Source: an archaeon
GTDB taxonomy: Archaea > Micrarchaeota > Micrarchaeia > Anstonellales > Anstonellaceae
DNA: 64,000 nt
Assembly (NCBI GenBank): GCA_020056635.1
Contig: JAGVHI010000024.1
Coordinates: 2,317-66,316, forward strand
Reading direction: 5' to 3'
Under the pieces are notes generated by a model, which worked only from the letters and a program-made list of their open reading frames with translations, did no database searches and was not told where the DNA came from. Below, piece by piece: positions 18,092 to 26,571 of the stretch (position 1 is the stretch's first letter; each line of letters begins with the position of its first letter). A program made the position numbers and the translations under genes.

Positions 18092-18320
18092 CCCGCCATA
18101 GCTCAACCTGGCTAGAGCGCCTGGCTGTAGTCTGCCAAATCGGCCTTATGCGATTGCGCATGTGGTCATCAGGAAGTTGTGTGTTCAATAGCCCTTTTCT
18201 CTCTCCGAGAGAAAAGCCCTCGTGGAAAAGAGAAACCATTTGGCGAAAAATATCCGCTTCGCGCGGTTTTTTCGCGCTGATAAAAGTCTCTTTTCGGCTG
18301 AACCAATCACACTGGCGGGA
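18092..18320 (+). tRNA. tRNA-Tyr (anticodon GUA) with two introns (229-nt gene)
   Basis: Acceptor CCCGCCA/TGGCGGG with the archaeal C1:G72 pair and discriminator A. D arm GCTC-AACCTGGCTA-GAGC. Anticodon stem CCTGG/TCAGG, loop CTGTAG|intron 18131-18167|A. T stem GTGTG/CACAC, with the T loop TTCA|~18188-18304|AAT interrupted. Confidence 0.8.
18188..18304 (+). repeat. tRNA-associated structured element, copy E1 (T-loop intron of tRNA-Tyr)
   Basis: Modules: CCCTTTTCTCTCTCCGAGAGAAAAG hairpin, GGAAAAGAGAAACC purine tract, GCGAAAAATATCCGCTTCGCGCGGTTTTTTCGC hairpin. The junction is ambiguous by 1-2 nt because of flanking A residues. Confidence 0.7.
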
Positions 18321-18357
18321 TTTTTTAAACCTACAACAGCATATGGAAGAGCCACTT

Positions 18358-18511
18358 GCCTCGGTAATGTAGTGGTCTAGCATTCCGGCCTGTCGCAAGG
18401 CCCCTTTTCTTTCTTAAAAAGAAAGAAAATGCCCCTGGGTTCAAAAGAAAGAAACGGATCCAGCAACCTTGCAGAAAGTCGGCAACCCGGGTTCGAATCC
18501 CGGCCGAGGCG
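18358..18511 (+). tRNA. tRNA-Asp (anticodon GUC) with 81-nt canonical-position intron
   Basis: Acceptor GCCTCGG/CCGAGGC, discriminator G. Anticodon stem CCGGC/GTCGG, loop CTGTCG|intron 18396-18476|A. T arm CCGGG-TTCGAAT-CCCGG. Intron ends pair as GCAAGG/CCTTGC. Confidence 0.85.
18396..18476 (+). repeat. tRNA-associated structured element, copy E4 (short form, tRNA-Asp intron)
   Basis: CCCCTTTTCTTTCTT-AAAAAGAAAGAAAATG hairpin plus AAAAGAAAGAAAC purine tract. The third hairpin module is absent. Confidence 0.6.
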
Positions 18512-18524
18512 CTCCTTTTTCGTT

Positions 18525-19265
18525 TCACTTGTAAGCAGCCACTTTCAAACTCTCAAGCGGGAAGCCCTCGTATTGGCGCTTGCTGATTCCAGCGTCTTCG
18601 GACAGGGTTTTGATTGTGAAACCCGCACCGGTTATGAGCTTGAGATATTCGTCCTTCAATACCGCCCCGCCGACACAGCCTGCAATGAGCTCTTCGTTTT
18701 TCCTATCAGAAACAGAGAGCTCCTTTAGGAGGACGATGTCGGAAACGAAGAGCCGCCCGCCCTTTTTGAGCACCCTGTACGCCTCGGAGAATACCTTCCC
18801 CTTGTTGGGGGAGAGGTTGATGACACAGTTGCTTATGATTACATCTACTGAATTGTGCTCAACCGGAAGCTCCTCTATTTCCCCGAGCCTGAATTCCACG
18901 TTGGGGTAGCCGTATTTGGCTGCGTTGGCCCGCGCCTTCTCCACCATCGCATCAGTCATGTCAACCCCGATTACCTTGCCTGTTTTGCCGGTTTTTTTAG
19001 CGGCAAGGAAGCAGTCAAAGCCCGCGCCGGAGCCTAGGTCAAGCACGGTTTCCCCTTCCCTTATCTCGCCAAGCGCTGTCGGGTTGCCGCAGCCAAGCCC
19101 GAGGTTTGCGTCGGGCGCTGCGCTTATTTCCGCATCGGAATATCCGATGCTTTTGGCAATTTGCCCTGCGGCCTTGTTCCTGCAAGAGCACGAGCAGCCG
19201 CACCCTGATTGCGCTATTTTCCCGTAGCTTTCCTTCACTATTTTCTTGAGTTTACTAATCTCCAT
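18525..19265 (-). CDS. SAM-dependent methyltransferase, arsenite methyltransferase (ArsM)-like
   Basis: ATG at 19265 (MEISKL). Cys cluster [11 protein letters not shown] motif [11 protein letters not shown], and ISNCVINL. The upstream 139 codons of the tracked ORF overlap the HIT gene and look non-coding. Confidence 0.7.
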   Translation of the reverse strand: MEISKLKKIVKESYGKIAQSGCGCSCSCRNKAAGQIAKSIGYSDAEISAAPDANLGLGCGNPTALGEIREGETVLDLGSGAGFDCFLAAKKTGKTGKVIGVDMTDAMVEKARANAAKYGYPNVEFRLGEIEELPVEHNSVDVIISNCVINLSPNKGKVFSEAYRVLKKGGRLFVSDIVLLKELSVSDRKNEELIAGCVGGAVLKDEYLKLITGAGFTIKTLSEDAGISKRQYEGFPLESLKVAAYK

Positions 19266-19374
19266 GCCATCCCCTTTGGCATCCTTTGCCCGCCCAAAAT
19301 TAATTAACGCAGCCCCTGTTTCCTGCAAGCTTGTTTGGGAAGCGATTTTAAACATTGTACCCCTGTTATCCAGC

Positions 19375-19803
19375 ATGGAAGGCTGCATATTCTGCAAAAT
19401 AGCCACAAACGAGATAGCTTCGCTCAAAATAGCCGAGGACGAGGTGCACCTTGCTTTCCTGGATATCAATCCGCTTTCCCCGGGGCACACGCTTGTGATG
19501 ACCAAGGAGCATTTTGAGAAGTTCGAGGAAATTCCCGAGGAGAGGATTGTGGGGTTCATGAGCTTTCTGCAGAGGTGCGTGAGAGCGGTTGGGAAGGGGA
19601 CTGGGGCGGATGGGTTGAATGTCCTGGTGAATTCGGGCAAAGCGGCTGGGCAATTGATTCCGCATGCGCATTTCCATATCATCCCTAGGTTCTCAGGGGA
19701 CCCGCTTCAAAAAGCATTCAATCATAACAGGGGAAAATACCCTGCGGGGAAAGATAAGGAATATGCTGAGAAGATTAGGGGCGAGTATGAAAAAGCGAAG
19801 TGA
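19375..19803 (+). CDS. HIT-family nucleotide hydrolase/transferase
   Basis: CIFCKI N-terminal motif and histidine triad HAHFHIIPR. Confidence 0.8.
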   Translation: MEGCIFCKIATNEIASLKIAEDEVHLAFLDINPLSPGHTLVMTKEHFEKFEEIPEERIVGFMSFLQRCVRAVGKGTGADGLNVLVNSGKAAGQLIPHAHFHIIPRFSGDPLQKAFNHNRGKYPAGKDKEYAEKIRGEYEKAK

Positions 19804-19853
19804 AGCTGGGAAAGATGGTGAGCAAGGAATCAGAAAAGCGGGCGTGATGTGTT

Positions 19854-21113
19854 ATGGTGAAAATAACCAAAGTGTTTGCAAGGGAAGTACTTGATTCGAG
19901 GGGGAACCCAACTGTGGAAGCAACAGTTGAGGCGCAGGAGTATTCTGGCGTTGCGTGCGCGCCATCTGGGGCGTCCAAAGGGAGCCATGAGGCGCTTGAA
20001 GTGAGGGATGGGGGGAAGCGGTTTGGCGGGAAAGGGGTGCAAAAGGCTATTGCGAATGTGAATGGGATTATTGCGCAAAAATTGGCTGGGATGGATGCGG
20101 AGGATAATGAGGCAGTGGACAGGGCAATGTGCGAGCTGGATGGAACTGCGAACAAAACAAGGCTTGGGGGGAATGCTACAACTGCGGTTTCGCTTGCTGC
20201 TGCAAAATGCGCCGCAGCTGCAAAGGGGGTGGAATTCTATGAAAGCATGGGAGGGGAGGTGCTTCCAGTCCCGATGATGAATGTGCTAAATGGCGGGAGG
20301 CATGCGGGCAACGGGCTTGCGATACAGGAGTTCATGGTAATGCCGTATGGAGTGAAATCGTTTGCAGAAGCGGTGAGGGCGGGAAGCGAAATTTATCACG
20401 CGCTTTCTGAAATACTTGTGAAGAAATACGGGAAAACTGCCAGGAATGTGGGGGATGAAGGGGGGTTTGCCCCGCCTATTTCAAACAGCACAGAGGCGCT
20501 AAACGCGCTGGAAAAGGCGATTGAGGAAACCGGGTACAAAAATTCTGTCGGGATGGCGCTTGATGCCGCTGCAAGCGAGTTCTATGACGGGAAGAAATAT
20601 TCCATAGACGGGCAGAAAATGAATGCAGGTGGCTTGTCGGATTATTACTCGTCGCTCTGCAAGGCATATGACATACAGAGCCTGGAAGATCCGTTTTTCG
20701 AGGAATCGTTTTCCGAGTTTGCAATGCTTCAGAAGAAAATCGGGAAAAGGGTGCAGGTGGTGGGGGACGATTTGATTGTGACCAATGAGGAGAGGCTGGC
20801 GCTTGCAATCGAGAAAAAGGCGATTGGTGCGCTGCTTGTGAAAGTGAACCAGATTGGGACGCTCTCTGAGGCGATGCGGGCGGTCGGGATGTGCAAGGAA
20901 GCGAATCTTGGGGCGGTCGTGAGCCACAGGTCAGGGGAAACCGAGGATACGAGCATTGCGGATATTGCAGTCGGATGCGGGTGCGGGCAGATAAAAACCG
21001 GCTCGCTTGCAAGGGGCGAGAGGACTGCGAAGTACAACAGGCTTATGTGGATTGAGCGGACGCTTGGCGGGAAAGGGTTATATGCTGGGAAGCGGTTTAG
21101 GAAGCCGTGGTGA
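19854..21113 (+). CDS. eno: Enolase
   Basis: ITKVFAREVLDSRGNPTVEA and SHRSGETEDT are canonical enolase signatures. Confidence 0.95.
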   Translation: MVKITKVFAREVLDSRGNPTVEATVEAQEYSGVACAPSGASKGSHEALEVRDGGKRFGGKGVQKAIANVNGIIAQKLAGMDAEDNEAVDRAMCELDGTANKTRLGGNATTAVSLAAAKCAAAAKGVEFYESMGGEVLPVPMMNVLNGGRHAGNGLAIQEFMVMPYGVKSFAEAVRAGSEIYHALSEILVKKYGKTARNVGDEGGFAPPISNSTEALNALEKAIEETGYKNSVGMALDAAASEFYDGKKYSIDGQKMNAGGLSDYYSSLCKAYDIQSLEDPFFEESFSEFAMLQKKIGKRVQVVGDDLIVTNEERLALAIEKKAIGALLVKVNQIGTLSEAMRAVGMCKEANLGAVVSHRSGETEDTSIADIAVGCGCGQIKTGSLARGERTAKYNRLMWIERTLGGKGLYAGKRFRKPW

Positions 21114-21119
21114 GAATAA

Positions 21120-21566
21120 ATGCTATATAAGCTGGATGGGACTGCGCTCACCCCGTGCGTTTCTGGCGGGGGGAACATAAAGAAAGTCGCGGAGGCGAAC
21201 CTGCAGCTCCTGCTTGATGCAAAGCAGATTGCATCCGGGCTTGAGTTCACTGGCGGGGGGGCGGTTGATACTGTTGCAGTCGATTCCGAGGGGAGGGTGC
21301 TCCTCATTGAATATGAGGGGAAGGACGTGGCAAACGCGCTTTTCAGACTGAATTTCTATTCCGAGAAAATACCCGAGCATGAGGAGAAGCTTGAGAAATT
21401 GGCGCGGGATAAGGCGGGAAAGAAGGTGAGCTGGGACTTGGGGGTGCGGCTCGTGCTGTTCGTTGAGATGGGGGCCGCGGGGGAGGAGATGCTTGCGAAA
21501 TCCGGCTCAGGGGTTGAAGTGAAAAGGTACATGTTCCTGGATAAGGGGTATCTGCTGGTGGATTAG
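21120..21566 (+). CDS. Hypothetical protein, possible PD-(D/E)xK nuclease fold
   Basis: VDSEGRVLLIEYEGK gives a D...E.K spacing reminiscent of restriction-endonuclease-like/NucS C-terminal domains. Weak evidence. Confidence 0.35.
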   Translation: MLYKLDGTALTPCVSGGGNIKKVAEANLQLLLDAKQIASGLEFTGGGAVDTVAVDSEGRVLLIEYEGKDVANALFRLNFYSEKIPEHEEKLEKLARDKAGKKVSWDLGVRLVLFVEMGAAGEEMLAKSGSGVEVKRYMFLDKGYLLVD

Positions 21567-21977
21567 ATGAGGGATGCTGCTGAAAAAATAGTAACGATAG
21601 GGCTTGCAGCAGTCTCTTGGCTGCTGGTGACCGCAGGGATTATCCTTTTCTTCTGGGAAAAAACCCCAATGTATTCGTTTGTCGCGTATGCAATCGGCAT
21701 TGTGCTATTGTTCTTCAATGAGTACCTTTCGTACGATACATGGAAAAGGAAACTGATGAGCGGCGAGGATGCAGGGCAGGGGGCGATTTCTGGGCTGCTC
21801 CAGATGGTCATGACCGGGTTTGTGCTCCCGCTTGCGCTTGCGGGCGTGTTTTACATGTATGTTGCAAAGGATGGGAGAGTAATTATTGTGCTGTTCATGG
21901 GATACCTTGCAGCGCTGATTAAATTGGGGTTCAAGGCAATGAAAATTTTTAGGGCAAAGGACAGGCCAGCTGAGTAA
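21567..21977 (+). CDS. Hypothetical membrane protein
   Basis: 136 aa with 4 hydrophobic helices. ATG directly follows the preceding stop. Confidence 0.4.
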   Translation: MRDAAEKIVTIGLAAVSWLLVTAGIILFFWEKTPMYSFVAYAIGIVLLFFNEYLSYDTWKRKLMSGEDAGQGAISGLLQMVMTGFVLPLALAGVFYMYVAKDGRVIIVLFMGYLAALIKLGFKAMKIFRAKDRPAE

Positions 21978-21979
21978 GC

Positions 21980-22762
21980 TTAGGGCAGCGTTTTGAATGC
22001 GGAGGGGCCGAGGCTTCGCGGGGCATCGGAAGGTCTTCGACCTTTCGAGCTTGCACTGAGAGGTGCATGATTTTTTCCGCCGGAAAGCCGCAAGGCTTTT
22101 CGAACTTGCAACGAAGTTGCATGGTCCCACGCTGCCGAGGGGCAGAGCCCATTTAGCGGGCAGAGCTGGCATTTGGGGCGGTTTGCAATGCAGATTGCGC
22201 GCCCGTGGTAAACGAACAGGTTGGAAACCTGCAGCCAATCCTTGCGCGGTACGAGCGCCATTAGGTCTTTTTCTATTTTCTTTGGGTCCGAATGCTGGGT
22301 GAGCCCAAGAAGCCTGCTCAACCTTATTGCGTGCGTGTCAACAGGGATCCCTTCGAGAATGCCGTAAGCGTTTCCGAGCACTATGTTTGCGGTTTTGCGT
22401 GCAACTCCCGGGAGGGCGAGCATTTCATCCATTGTGGAGGGGAGCTTGCCAGCATATTGCCCATCGATTAGTTTGCATGCGCCGATTATGTTTTTTGCCT
22501 TTGTGCGGAAAAAGCCGCAGGAGCGGATGAGGGATTGAAGTTCGCAGGGGTTTGCGCGCACGAAATCCCTTGCGGTTTTGTATTTTGCAAAAAGCGCTGG
22601 GGTGGTAAGATTCACGCGTGCGTCCGTGCATTGGGCTGAGAGCATTACTGCTACGAGCAGATGTAGTGGGGAATCGTAATCAAGCGAGCATTTCGCACCA
22701 GGATAGGCGCGCTTGAGCATTGAGAGCATTTTTAGGAACTTGGGCCTGCTTGTGCGGGGCAT
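21980..22762 (-). CDS. nth: Endonuclease III (DNA glycosylase/AP lyase)
   Basis: HhH-GPD motif LPGVARKTANIV and [4Fe-4S] cluster loop C-x6-C-x2-C-x5-C (CIANRPKCQLCPLNGLC). Start chosen at MPRTSRP; an upstream ATG at 22816 is possible. Confidence 0.85.
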   Translation of the reverse strand: MPRTSRPKFLKMLSMLKRAYPGAKCSLDYDSPLHLLVAVMLSAQCTDARVNLTTPALFAKYKTARDFVRANPCELQSLIRSCGFFRTKAKNIIGACKLIDGQYAGKLPSTMDEMLALPGVARKTANIVLGNAYGILEGIPVDTHAIRLSRLLGLTQHSDPKKIEKDLMALVPRKDWLQVSNLFVYHGRAICIANRPKCQLCPLNGLCPSAAWDHATSLQVRKALRLSGGKNHAPLSASSKGRRPSDAPRSLGPSAFKTLP

Positions 22763-22814
22763 GGCAGGATTGGCTGCGGCACGGTTTTTATTCGTGCGTG
22801 GGGAAAGCTTGGGC

Positions 22815-23327
22815 ATGGCAGGAAAAAAAAGTGCCCCGAAGCTTGCCGGGCAGTACCACGGCAATTTCTCATGGCTTGTGCAGGGGAAAATCGCAGGCTC
22901 GGATATGCCTGGCAGGTTCAACCCGGTTGAGAAGGATTTGGAGTGGTTTGCAAAGCAGGGAGTCAGGGCGATTGTGACGCTTACGGAAAAGCCGCTCCCT
23001 GCTAAAAGCGTCAGGGGATTTGAGTATTTGCACATTCCGGTAAAGGAGATGGGAACCCCGAGCTTTGAGGAGATAATGAAGTTCGTTGAGTTTGCCGGGA
23101 AAATGGAGCTGGAGGGAAAGCCCCTGCTTGTTCACTGCAATGCGGGAATTGGAAGGACAGGGACGATGCTTGCGTGCTACCTGGTGGGGAATGGTTTAAA
23201 AGCGGAAAAAGCACTTGATATTTTGGAGAGTAGGAGGGGGTACGGGCTGTTCACGCAGGGCCAGTATTCCGCAGTCTACCAGTTCGAATCCATATTGAGG
23301 ATGCACGAGGGGGAAAAGCAGGATTGA
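22815..23327 (+). CDS. Dual-specificity/tyrosine protein phosphatase
   Basis: P-loop HCNAGIGRTG (HCxxGxxR[ST]). Start at MAGKKS. Confidence 0.7.
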   Translation: MAGKKSAPKLAGQYHGNFSWLVQGKIAGSDMPGRFNPVEKDLEWFAKQGVRAIVTLTEKPLPAKSVRGFEYLHIPVKEMGTPSFEEIMKFVEFAGKMELEGKPLLVHCNAGIGRTGTMLACYLVGNGLKAEKALDILESRRGYGLFTQGQYSAVYQFESILRMHEGEKQD

Positions 23328-23375
23328 GCCTATAGGGGCTGATGAGAAAGAAGTGGGGGGAAGGGAGTGAGTGGG

Positions 23376-24548
23376 ATGGATGGAGCGTATGATGTTGCAG
23401 TGATTGGGGCTGGGCCTGCTGGCAATTTCGCCGCGATAGCCGCTGCAAGGAACAAGGCGCGCACTGTCGTGTTTGAGGAGCACAAGGAGATTGGGGAGCC
23501 TGTGCACTGCGGGGAGTGCCTGTCGCAGATTGCGCTGGACAGGATGGGGCTGTCGCCTCCGAAAGATGCGCTTTCGTTCGAGGCAAAGGGGATACGGGTC
23601 ATTTTCCCGGATGGGAAAAGCTGCTATGCGAAGGAGAAGGGGTACGTGCTTGAAAAGCATAGGTTCGAACAGTATCTTGCATCACTTGCGCAAAAGGAGG
23701 GGGCAGAGTATGTGATGGAAACAAGGGTGCAGGAGATCAAACGGGAAGGGGAGACATGGCGCCTGTCAGCCAAGGGAAAGCAGGAGAGCGCTAGAATAGT
23801 GATTGATGCAAGCGGGCCGTTTGCATTCGCATCAGAGAAAACCGGCCTGAACAGGAAGCCGGAAGTGGTGATAGGGCTGCAGGTTGAGATGCAGGAAATA
23901 CCTAACGAGGGGTGGATTGATTTTTATATCTGGCCGAGGCTTGCGCCGCACGGTTACCTTTGGATGATCCCTAAATCCGGCGGGAGGGCGAATGTCGGGC
24001 TTGTGACAAGCGAAACTGCAAAAGCAAGGCCGTGTCTTGACCAGTTCGTAAAGGAAATGGGCTGGCAGGAAAAGAAGGTGAACAAGACTTTCGGCGGGAT
24101 AATCCCATCATCCGGGCCTCTTCCAAAAACATATTCGGACGGGCTGATGCTGGTTGGCGATGCGGCAGGGATGACAAGCCCGCTTTTTGAGGGAGGGACA
24201 GGCTTGGCGATGAAATCCGGCGAGTTTGCAGGGGGGGTTGCTGCAGAAGCAGTGCGGGCTGGCAATACCGGAGCAGGGTCGCTCTCAAAATACGAAAAGC
24301 TATGGAAGGCTGAGTTCCCGGATTATTTGAAGCTGGTGGACGGGAAGCATAAGCTTTACTCGTTCAATGATGAGGAGATAAACGCCATTGCTGGCGCGCT
24401 GCCAGAGGACCTAAGCAAGCTTGACGTGCTGGACAAGGCGGGAGTCGGGTTCAAGCTATTGATGTCAAATGGGGCGCTGGTTGCGAAGGGCGCGGTATCC
24501 GCGCTTCTGGCGCTCGGCTATTCGCGCGCAAAGCATTACGGATGGTAA
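23376..24548 (+). CDS. Geranylgeranyl reductase family FAD-dependent oxidoreductase
   Basis: YDVAVIGAGPAGN dinucleotide-binding motif. Length and GDAAG motif fit digeranylgeranylglycerophospholipid reductases. Confidence 0.75.
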   Translation: MDGAYDVAVIGAGPAGNFAAIAAARNKARTVVFEEHKEIGEPVHCGECLSQIALDRMGLSPPKDALSFEAKGIRVIFPDGKSCYAKEKGYVLEKHRFEQYLASLAQKEGAEYVMETRVQEIKREGETWRLSAKGKQESARIVIDASGPFAFASEKTGLNRKPEVVIGLQVEMQEIPNEGWIDFYIWPRLAPHGYLWMIPKSGGRANVGLVTSETAKARPCLDQFVKEMGWQEKKVNKTFGGIIPSSGPLPKTYSDGLMLVGDAAGMTSPLFEGGTGLAMKSGEFAGGVAAEAVRAGNTGAGSLSKYEKLWKAEFPDYLKLVDGKHKLYSFNDEEINAIAGALPEDLSKLDVLDKAGVGFKLLMSNGALVAKGAVSALLALGYSRAKHYGW

Positions 24549-24672
24549 CTAGATGGAAGGGGGGTTGCATGCGAAGCCCGCTTGTGCCGTTCATCCCAGT
24601 TGAGAACCTCGCGTTTGGGAGTGCTCTTTTTGTTCTTTGCGCTGCATCCTATGAGCCCAGAGTGGTTGGATT

Positions 24673-25719
24673 ATGGAGAAAAAGGTAGTGATTGCTGGGG
24701 CAGGGCCTGCAGGGCTTGCGGCTGCGATAGTGCTTGCGAAAGCAGGCAAGGAAGTTGAGGTGTACGAGAAGGCGCCCGTGCTTGGCTCAAGGTTCGGGAG
24801 CAGCTACCAGGCAATTGAGAATTATACCGAACAGTGGGACTGCCTTGGGGAGATTTCGGAGTTCGGGATACAGATAAACTTCTTTGCAAAACCCTGCACA
24901 GAGATGGTGCTGTTCGACCACAGGGGAAGCAGGCACGAGGTAAGGAGCAATGTGCCCTACTGGTACCTTGTGAGAAGGGGGACCGAGCACACTGCGCTTG
25001 ACGCGTCGCTTGCAAGGCAGGCGCGCGAGCACGGAGCGAGGGTGCATTACGGGAAAGCGATCGGGATTAAGGATGCGGACATCATTGCGACCGGGCCTAG
25101 GAGGGGAGACGGGATTGCGATGGAGTGTGACGCGCACTGCCATGAGGAAGGGGTGTTCGTGCTCATAGACGAGAAAATAGCGCCCGGGGGGTATGCTTAC
25201 CTGCACTCCTATGGCGGGAAGGGAACGTGCGGTGTTGCAATAACCAAGAGCTTCGGGAACCTGAACCGGCATTTTGAGGATACGTGCAGGTTCTTCAGGG
25301 AGAACATTGGGGCGAATTACCAGGTTGGCACAAGGGTTGCGGGAGTGAATTTCTTTGTTCCGAAAACAGCAGTCAAGGACGGGAAAATCTATTGCGGGGA
25401 GGCGGCAGGGTTCCAGGATTACTTTTTCGGACTGGGGATACGGTATGCGATTGTTTCAGGCGCGCTTGCTGCGGAGAGCATAATACATGAGAGGGACTAC
25501 GATTCAATGTGGAAGGCGCGTTTTGGGGAGAAGATGAGGCAGAATATTGCAAACAGGATATTTTATGAGAGGGCAGGCTCAATGGGCAGGAAGGCGCTGC
25601 TTGCGCTTGCATCGCAAATTGGGATCAGGGAATTTCTGCTTGAGTGGCACAAGCCCCGCATGTTTAAAAGAATAGTCACCGATATTTTTGGCAGGCACAA
25701 GCACATTGACCAGGTGTAG
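24673..25719 (+). CDS. FAD-dependent oxidoreductase (geranylgeranyl reductase-like paralog)
   Basis: KVVIAGAGPAGLAAA motif and GEAAG. Adjacent to a GGR and a phytoene/squalene synthase. Confidence 0.65.
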   Translation: MEKKVVIAGAGPAGLAAAIVLAKAGKEVEVYEKAPVLGSRFGSSYQAIENYTEQWDCLGEISEFGIQINFFAKPCTEMVLFDHRGSRHEVRSNVPYWYLVRRGTEHTALDASLARQAREHGARVHYGKAIGIKDADIIATGPRRGDGIAMECDAHCHEEGVFVLIDEKIAPGGYAYLHSYGGKGTCGVAITKSFGNLNRHFEDTCRFFRENIGANYQVGTRVAGVNFFVPKTAVKDGKIYCGEAAGFQDYFFGLGIRYAIVSGALAAESIIHERDYDSMWKARFGEKMRQNIANRIFYERAGSMGRKALLALASQIGIREFLLEWHKPRMFKRIVTDIFGRHKHIDQV

Positions 25720-25722
25720 CCC

Positions 25723-26571
25723 ATGGACCTTTCAAAAGCATATGAATACTGCCACCAGGTTACGAGGAAGGCAGATACCAATTTTTACTTAGGGTTCACT
25801 TTCCTGCCTAAGGATAAGCGGAATGCAGTATATGCATCTTATGCGTTCTGCAGGTATGCAGACGATATTGTGGATGAGATGAAGGGGAAAGGGGTAGAGG
25901 CGCTTATTTTGCGCTGGGAGCGGGATTTGGATAATGCTTACGTGGGAAAGGCAACACACCCGATAATGGTTGCGATGGCGGATGCGGTGAAGAGGTACCG
26001 GATACCAAAAGAGCCGTACAAGGGGCTGATTGCAGGGTGCAAAATGGATTTGACCATTAAGAGGTACCGAAACTTCCAGGAATTGCTGCAGTATTGCGAT
26101 TTGGTTGCGACCACCATTGGGAAAATTTCGCTGCATATTTTTGGGTACAAGAACCCGAATGCCAAGAAATATGCGAGGTATTTGAGCATCGCATTGCAGC
26201 TTACAAATATACTTCGGGATGTCGGGGAGGATGCGAGGAAAGGGAGAATTTACATCCCGGTTGATGAGCTTGAGCGGTTCGGGTATTCGGAATCCGAGCT
26301 TATGAGAGGGGTGATGAACACCCAATACTACAGGCTTATGAAGTTCCAGGTGGGCCGCGCAAGGGAATATTACAGGAAAGCGTATGAAGTGACAAAATTG
26401 ATGAGCGCGGATTCGAGGTTCGCTGCAGTTATGATGGGAGCGGTGTACGCAAGGATACTTGATAAGATTGAGAGGCAGGGGTACACTGTTTTCGAAGGGG
26501 AAACTAAGCTGTCTGAGTTTGAGAAGAAAATGCTCACTTTGCAGATGATGGTCGCGCCGAAGTATTGCTAG
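25723..26571 (+). CDS. Phytoene/squalene synthase family protein
   Basis: Motifs YCHQVTRKADTNFYLGF, YADDIVDE (DxxxD) and RDVGEDARKGRIYIP. Confidence 0.8.
   Translation: MDLSKAYEYCHQVTRKADTNFYLGFTFLPKDKRNAVYASYAFCRYADDIVDEMKGKGVEALILRWERDLDNAYVGKATHPIMVAMADAVKRYRIPKEPYKGLIAGCKMDLTIKRYRNFQELLQYCDLVATTIGKISLHIFGYKNPNAKKYARYLSIALQLTNILRDVGEDARKGRIYIPVDELERFGYSESELMRGVMNTQYYRLMKFQVGRAREYYRKAYEVTKLMSADSRFAAVMMGAVYARILDKIERQGYTVFEGETKLSEFEKKMLTLQMMVAPKYC

Noticed and set aside
18078-18528. Tracked ORFs overlapping tRNA/intron DNA: 18078-18398, 18148-18372, 18331-18528, 15127-15351, 36033-36503, 36137-36388 and 60860-61177.
   Set aside because: These regions fold into complete tRNA cloverleaves plus repeat elements. 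The peptide sequences are dominated by translated purine/pyrimidine tracts.
19266-19682. N-terminal extensions of several tracked ORFs. Examples are the first 139 codons of 18525-19682, the first 98 codons of 3056-4087, the first 65 codons of 3651-4502, 91 codons of 21980-23035 and 111 codons of 52996-53796.
   Set aside because: The extensions overlap neighbouring genes, have atypical composition and precede an internal ATG at which family-typical N-termini begin. Shorter gene models were used instead.
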